A stretch of 43,406 bases of DNA, filler included, from Lenisia limosa (taxonomy: Eukaryota > Protista > Breviatea), in the NCBI GenBank assembly GCA_001655205.1. It is 7 parts of 7 records of this genome, joined end to end, with 100 filler letters (N's around TTAATTAATTAA, not from the genome) between each part and the next. Parts side by side here need not be neighbours in the genome. Positions count along the whole stretch, not along the records: positions 36,239 to 43,406 come from LPNZ01000089.1; 6 more parts are not named here. The stretch is one strand, 5' to 3'. Position numbers and translations under genes: made by a program. The notes beneath the pieces were generated by a model. That model did no database searches. It saw only the letters and a list, made by a program, of their open reading frames with translations, and was not told the DNA's origin. Positions 36,301 through 43,406 of the stretch are shown here, piece by piece (position 1 is the first letter of the stretch; each line of letters opens with the position of its first letter).

Positions 36301-38168
36301 ATGACGGTGCATTTTATTCTACCCCTACATGAGTGTACTGATCTCATTGAACCTGTAGCCCTCCTTTTGAACCAACAAGTACGCGTTTTAAGACATTTAT
36401 TTTATTTCTTGTTTTGTGTTAAAGTTATCTTCTATACATCCCCCCACCCCATTTTTTGTTATTCAAACTCTTGCGTGTCCCAAATGTTTTTCTCATAAAT
36501 TTCCCATTTTTCACTCCCCCCCATCTAGTGGCCTCAGTCGTTTTCCTCGCGAGTCGAAAAGCTACAGTTATCAAGCAGTGAACTACCCACGTCGCTTGTA
36601 CTGGTGGCGCTATCTCCACCCGGTGCTGAAGAAGTTGCCCCACTGGACCAAGTTAAATTACCTTCCCTCCCAACCCCCGGCTGCAAACCGGCACCCATTA
36701 CAGCTCCTCTTGAAATGCCTTCGCTTTCTTGTCTCCCACCACCACCTCCCCCAATGCTTTCTCAAACAAACCATAAGCCGGCCAATAGCAAGGTTCTTCA
36801 AGGTGTTATTCGCAAGTTGGTTGATGGGTGTACTTATTTCCACATTAATTACTAAATAAACCAACGAATGAACCACCTCAAAAAACTCCAATTAAATACG
36901 GAAAATACCCCATCAAAAAGTTAGGACTCTGAACGTATGTCCCATTTCATCACTTTGTTGCTCCCTCGTAAATAACCAAAGTGACCTAGGTACGTAAGGT
37001 TACGCTCGCGATAAAAAGCTTTTATATAGATAATATTATACTTTTTTCAATAGTTGGAACTAGGTGTAGGAAATTACTAAACATAAGTAGTGCAATTGCC
37101 AAGAGTTAGTCGTCTTTAGTAGCTCATTTTATCGAATTATTAAATTATAAGCACTTGGGCCTAGGAGGTACAGGACAGGACCTTATTTATACACCTTTCA
37201 ATGGAATGAAAACAACAAAGTTACTATTATTTAATACGTGATGGTAACTTTAATTGGGTACCGCAGGTGTAATTTATAATCATTTTTTCTGAAAGAATAC
37301 AACTTTATTTGATAAAAGTCACTCAAGTCAATTCAATACATCCGAGATAATATAGTTAAGTTTTATTCTAATAGGAGCTTTTTAATTTGAATTATCATCT
37401 TTCAAGAATGCATTTGATCATATCATATGTAATGTACGTAACATATTTATGTTACGTAAATTAGCTAGGAGATGTCTAGAATAGTTATACACTTTACACC
37501 TCAGTATACTGTTATTTGGGTAATCAATTCACAATTTAAAATTGCTAAAGGGCACTTTTTTTTTTCTAAACTTGACCATCTAGTCCTAAAACTGGGTGTT
37601 TCGGCAAGTCGGATGAATGCTATATTGCCAAAGCTTCAGCTGTTATAATTTCAAAGAGTAGCAATGACTGTTTAAGTCTTGTTAATGATGGGAACACTAT
37701 TCATGTTCTTTCACATGTAAAAATCAAGCCATCATCTTCAAACGGTGTTGGACTGGTTTGGGAGGGGGGAATGAGGTGGGAATTCAATGTTAGTCCCATT
37801 GTCTGATGGTTATATAGGTTGAATCTGTTGTGGTTCCAGGGCAACTGCAATACTCAGGCTGGGGATCTATTATAATGCAGTATTTGCATCAATATGCTAA
37901 AGAGTAAGCAATGTCATTGTTGTTATGGTTTCAGTATAGGTCTATCATCACTGGCACTAAATACAACGAAGGCGGAAGGGTTTTACTCCCGACTTGGATA
38001 TCTTCCTTGCGACCCTGTTTTAGAAAAAACTTCAGTAGGTTTTTTGCAACTTATTGTCTAGTCAAACGCCTTGAGTAAAATCTTTGGAGGTGCTGGCGGA
38101 TCCACGGTTTGTTACCCAAATCCAAAATTTATGTTATTCAGAAATGGATGAAATATGATCTTACCTGA
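36301..38168 (+). CDS. NAA80: GNAT N-acetyltransferase, NAA80/NAT6 (actin N-terminal acetyltransferase)-like, 7 exons
   Basis: Exons 36301-36378, 36529-36827, 37584-37755, 37818-37903, 37935-38034, 38062-38106 and 38142-38168 are in phase. LPLHECTDLIEPVALLLNQQWPQSFSSRVEKLQLSSSELPTSLVL, VESVVV..QYSGWG, FYSRLGY..CDPV and KWMKYDL parallel the NAA80 motifs (LINDQWPRS, VETVVV, RGRGFG, FYTHLGY, WMEKDI). Confidence 0.75.
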
Positions 38169-38200
38169 AATTGAAACTAAAGGCATTCATCAATATTTCG

Positions 38201-40760
38201 TTAGTGTTGTGGAGACAGCTTTGAAAAGTGGCTTAAAGAAGGAGGTGGTGTCATGTTACCCTGAGGCTCCAATACAGAAATGTCATTTTGCCCACTTATG
38301 TGATGGACTGAATGGTTGGAAAAAGATGCGCAAAGAAACATACCAGATACCCCTGGGGGAGGGCCTTGACGCTGAAAAGCAAACGCAGTCGCCTGGCGCC
38401 CCTCCAAAATAGCATTATTAGCACTACCAGTTGTCCTCATTATCTACGAAATCACGGAAAACAAAGAATCTAGCTGTAATTTTTTAAAAAACAAACTTGA
38501 GCGACATGTGAAGTACAAGCTAACCAAATCAACAGAGCTTGGAACTCTTCGAATAAACTCCCGGGCTTGGGCGGCAGTAGCAATCTTTTTTTTTGTTTCT
38601 GCATTCTTCTTTTGATTCTTCTCAAGCAGCACTTGAGCCTTTCATAGTAAAAAAAAAAAAAATCAAATCAAAAGAGACAAACCTTGTTTCTATTCTTTTC
38701 AGCTTGTATGAAGAATTTCGATGCTTCTCTGTATTCGGAAAGCTAAAAAATAAACCTCCAAATAATAGTGCTCATGTTATAATAGCGACAGAGACTTTTG
38801 CAAACCTCAGAGCTCTTCTGTATTCTTTGTCTTCTTACTTCACGAGCCTCATAAAACTGCGAAAAATGGGAGTTAGCCTTATTCAAGAGATGATTGAGAA
38901 TTATACAATAATAGCAACCCGCAAAAAAACCACTCCCAAGTAATAACCCTGAATTATCTGACAGAAATATGTAGAGCACCTAACTAATTGGAATTGCTAA
39001 ATCTGTTCATGTTTATAGATTGCCAAAATATAACAAGTAATTCTATGAAACCAATCCCTCACTCACTTCATCAATTGACTTCAAGTCGGCTTTCCACGTG
39101 TCACGAATTTTCTGAACTCTCAACTGTTCGGATTCCTCAATTTGAGATTTTTGACTGGAAAATTAGGAATGTTTCCATTACTACTCACCCTTTCAAGAGG
39201 ATAAGCTTCTTATTGCATTCAGTCCATTCATATTGCAGGGTAGAAACCATTTTTTCGTAATCCGAATTCATTGGCTCAACCGTTGAAGAATAGGGAACTA
39301 AACCGTTACAAAAAAAAAGGGATAACTGACAAACAAAAACAGTTACTCCCACTTTCATGTTGTTCATTTGAAGAAACATTGACCCCATCAACAGTAATAA
39401 GGTTTTGCTTAAAAGCAGCTATTCCGTTTTGCATGATTTCCTCAACAGCCTTTTTGACTTTTTTGCGAGTTTTGGTTGGAGCAGACTTCAATTGCGGGTC
39501 AACCTTCGAGATGTCTTGAAAAAAGCACTTGGAAACTTCTTCCCAAGTCTCCATACTTCTTATTGAAGACACGGATACTTTTTGTGGAGGCAAGGTTGGA
39601 GGCACACAAAGAGGTTGCGGCGTTGGGTCAAGGCAATCCCACCACTTGTCAGTCATTGGAGATCTGCAGGGTAAAAAAACATCCGAACCCAATATACTAT
39701 AAATCTATCTGTTTCTCATTCATTATCCAAACTAGAAACATACCAAAGATACGTAGATTGTTTGGATCTTCTACTGTCGTTTGCAATTTCTTGTTGTATT
39801 GTACGGTTGTGTACAACAAGGTTCCAACAAGGTGTGGCAGTGTGGCGGCAGGTATTGTGATCAAGGTGTGGTGCGGGGAGGTGAGGGGCTGTGGCAACAG
39901 TTTGGCAAAGGGCTGTTGTGTGCAGACGTTCCGGCTCGTTTGGAACACTGGTGTTGGAACCTACGGCAATCGGCTAGCCCCCCGGTGGCGGTCCTGCCCT
40001 TTTCGCAAAACAAATTGACACGATCGATCGATTTGACTTTGAGACTTAGAGAAACCTTAAATAGACATAGACAGGCAAGGAAATACGGAAAAATTGACTT
40101 AAATAGCATCACTGCCATTTGCTCCATCTTTTCGGTCAAACAGGTAGATGGAAGTTTCTTTAAATCTACTAAATTCTTAATAATATTATTATGGATGAAC
40201 TAATCAGAATTAGGAGTTACTTCGTAATGGTGGGTCTTGGTGGGCGTCGAGGTGGTACTGTGCCTCCTGACCACTTCTTTGGTTCTTCGACAACATGGAG
40301 CCAAAGTATGAGGAATTCTCAATTGATAAGTGACTTTAGAACTCTCCTCTGAGACTGACTTTTTTCTTCTAGATGAAAGAGTATATCATTCGCATCGTAG
40401 ACGTACAATGTCACCTCAGGCAACCAAAACAGAGTTTAGTCCATCCCTCAGAATGGTGGAACCAATTTCGCCACATATGTAGGCAAGCCTTATGCATTTC
40501 AGTTGAGGCCTTATTTATGGCATTTCATTTCATTTACTATTTGCAGCCCATCTTCAGGAGGTCGAAGACACTATGTTCCGGCAATCCCGGTGGAAAAGAC
40601 CCCAAAACGTGAAGGTCCTGTAACAGACAGTTTGTGTTTTGAACCTTTGATCTGATTCACTATTAGCTTTCCGTACCACCTCCAATGAGCGATATGTTCC
40701 AAAATACAGAAAATCGGTAGCCCAGCAGTCTCCTCCAGCGTTTGACTTCTCCAAAGAGTT
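38201..40760 (-). CDS. Multi-exon gene with a C-terminal coiled coil and a possible BTB-like segment
   Basis: Exons from ~39660 to the TAA at 38201 splice in phase into a helical charged region (EKMVSTLQYEW...AQVLLEKNQKK). An upstream segment DFLYFGTY...VFDLLKMGCK resembles BTB. The 5' model is unresolved and may extend to ~41270. Confidence 0.45.
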
Positions 40761-41376
40761 GGGAAGAAGAAAACCAGGTTGGCTGATATTTCAACATAGC
40801 ACAATAGTCTCGTACCTCTATTGTTAGCATCTGCAACATTTATTGATTACATCAGGAGTGCATGACAACTTGTCTAGCAGCGTGCCACTTGGACAACTCG
40901 GTCCCGAAAACCCAACACATTCCCCGAGACTTAACAGGTCCGTTTTGTGGATGACAACAGGAGGGTACAGAATAGGAGTAATTTCTTAGGTCGGTGCCTT
41001 GGGCGGATCTCAACGGCTCTCCAAGAAGAGATACTATCCCGCTTCCGGCTATTTCAGCAAGGTAGAGAAAATTTTTTTTATATATTTTTTTTTACTGCAG
41101 TTTTCCAAGGTATTCACCAATGACAGTTGTTTTTTATCATTGATTTCTTTGATGTGGAAAGAGCTGACTAAAGTAGAAACCGAAACAATGCACCTCGATT
41201 CAGTTCAGACCCTTGGGGTGCGGATGACCACCTTCTGCCTGGTCACAGTCTGAGCCCTCGCCGTATCCATTGATTTATTTATTTCCATGTCTTGTCTGTG
41301 TGTTGATGTAATATTACTTTCCTTATCCTATGAAGCCTTTGGATCCATGAAATCGACGCTACATTGACATTCAACC

Positions 41377-43406
41377 CTACTTTCTCATATTGTACATTCC
41401 ACCTGGTGGCGGTGGTTGGTTGGGGGCTGGCTGAAACACACCACCCGGAAGATTACCAGTGGAAGGAGCTGGTCTTTTGCTGCGAATATGACTTAAAAAG
41501 AAAAAAGAGAGAAAAAAAATATCTGCCAGAAAGCCCTCCAACTTTTTCCTTTTTCTTGCCTCTTTGGCATCCAGTTCGTGACAAGAATGTTTGTATGTTG
41601 GCAAACTATAAACATTAAACACTGTAATAAGAGAGTAACAAAGAGATAAAAAAACTGCATACTCCTTGGGATTTGAGACACGAGCTCCCTTCGTGAAAAA
41701 GTCATGGCGAAGTGCCTATGAATGGTAAGTGCAATACGTAATAATGAAAGATTTCTCAACCATTGTCATTCCAGTTTTGAAACTCCCATTTACCTCCTCT
41801 GCTGATAATCTTTTCTTTGGGTTAAGGACTAATAATTTGTCCATGAGATCCAAACCATAGCTATCCAATCTGTGAAGTTAATCACTAGCCCATTTAAAAG
41901 TATCCTTTGAGTTCACCCTGGTCATACGATGAGAAAATCTGAGTGAGTCGACGGAAGATCCTCGAGTCTGGCCTGTAGCTATCAACAACCTTTCCTCTTT
42001 CATTGCGTCCACAAGTAAAAAAAAAACGGTTTCAAAATCATTTCTATGATCTATATTTCCTACTTTCTTTTGGTCCACTCCTTGAGTTGGTCGTGCTCAG
42101 GCCAATCTGAACTACTTGGGGTTCCACAAATCTCAAAAATTCGTTTCAATTGGTCAATTTCAGTCTTTCCTGGGAAGATTGGTTTTCCTGCGAGGAGTTC
42201 ACCAAGTAAGCATCTGTAAAAGTTAATCTGAAAAGCATTCCAAAAAGCTCACCCAATACTCCACATGTCAATAGAAGTGTCATAAACGTTAGCACCAAGT
42301 AAAAGCTCTGGTGGGCGATACCTAATATGTTGTCATATCTGCAACAGAATAATATCAAAAGGTGACTAACAATCATATGACGGTCCCAACAACCATGTAT
42401 CTCTCTCACTTAGAACATATAAAAAAACAACCGTTAAGAGTAATTCCATACCACAGCGTGATCACTCGATTTGTATACTTCTTAGATGCTTCTACCGGTC
42501 TTGCCAGCCCGAAATCAGCAATTTTCAACTCATGTTTGTTAGACACCAAAAGATTTGAACCTACAAACGTTAGATACAAAAATGATCCGTTCAACATACT
42601 CTTGATATCACGGTGAAGAATTTTGTTTTTGTGCAAATAGCGCAGTCCTAAGGAAGATTAATAAATTGGAAGCAAAAAGTTAGTTTTCATGAGAGAAACA
42701 AAGTTCTTACATACCTTCCAAGGCCTGTTGCATGTATAACTTGACCTGACCAAGAAGAAGATTATTACCTCCACTCCCAACTAAAAGATAAAAACTTTTC
42801 AATATTATAATACAGAGCTATCAAAACTTTTCAATATTATACAGAGCTATGTCACCCCTTCACGTAGATTTTCATCAGTTAGTCCAGACAGGTCATGATC
42901 TAAGTACTCCATCACCATGTAAATGTTTGATTTTTCATCTAAATGGTCAGAAAACTCTCAAACTTATATAACCTACGTTTTGACGTGACAATTTCTTTAA
43001 GGCAGACAATGTTGGGATGTTTGAGCATTTTTAGAATCTTTATTTCACGAATTGCCGTGATTGGGAACTGGGCAATTAAACCAAAGTCCAATAACAAACT
43101 CCTTCTTTTTCATTGTCCATTTTGATTTTTTTCAGAGCAACGATATCTCCATTGTTCTTGTTCCTTGCCTTAAATACTTCACTAGATAGTAAGTTTAATT
43201 AGCAACAAAAGTTGACTTACCCATAAGTTCCTTCTCCAATTTGATCAAGAGGCTCATAAACATCAATATTACGACATCCAAACTTGTGTCCGTTAAGTAT
43301 AGTGTCAGCCTCTTCCGAACGCTGTGGAGCTTGTCTGGGCTTGGAAGGAATCGCTGCTATTATAGGAATCTGAGCAGGGAGGGGTGGCTGTGCTCGAGGG
43401 AGAGGT
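41377..43406 (-). CDS. PITAIRE cyclin-dependent kinase (CDK12/13, plant CDKC type CTD kinase), 5' end beyond the window
   Basis: Spliced motifs: [95 protein letters not shown]. Introns of 39, 32 and 39 nt at 43182-43220, 43068-43099 and 42561-42599. Confidence 0.95.

Noticed and set aside
40380-40500. RING-variant domain (HKACLHMW...CFGC) on the minus strand
   Set aside because: Only half the ligand pattern is present and I could not join this frame to a first half. Alternative frames look equally plausible.
41490-41535. GC-AG intron near the CDK C-terminus
   Set aside because: There is a pyrimidine tract and AG but no GT donor. The frame is open through it, and the GC-donor alternative gives a less plausible tail, so it is unresolved without RNA.
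42791-42850. ~30-bp direct repeat in the CDK gene
   Set aside because: Simple intronic slippage duplication with no evidence of function.

Overview
Eukaryotic genomic DNA (AT-rich, spliceosomal GT-AG introns, many only 26-40 nt) from a gappy draft assembly. Six contig joins are marked by an artificial 44N-TTAATTAATTAA-44N spacer. Short introns plus the gene set suggest a unicellular eukaryote, but the taxon cannot be fixed from the sequence. The first ~16 kb is a transposon graveyard. It holds an unidentified decayed ORF region with upstream repeats, a Tc1 (DD34E) element with ~200-bp IR/DR-type TIRs and TA duplication, convergent Ty3/Gypsy integrase and RNase H remnants, and an intron-containing pogo/Fot1-like element with 31-bp TIRs. 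From ~18 kb on it is mostly intron-rich host genes that I spliced by hand: AGPAT/LCLAT-type acyltransferase (partial), PSMG4-like, SLC25 carrier, TMEM151-like, NAA80-like acetyltransferase, an unassigned coiled-coil gene and a PITAIRE CDK (CDK12/13/CDKC type, 5' partial). Small MITE-like families sit in introns. I recognised no rRNA, tRNA or CRISPR array, and I cannot demonstrate a new multi-gene system. The best leads are micro-introns inside transposase genes, an NAA80 homologue whose polyproline loop lies at a different position than in human, and the intronic mini-elements. All family assignments come from remembered motifs, not database searches.
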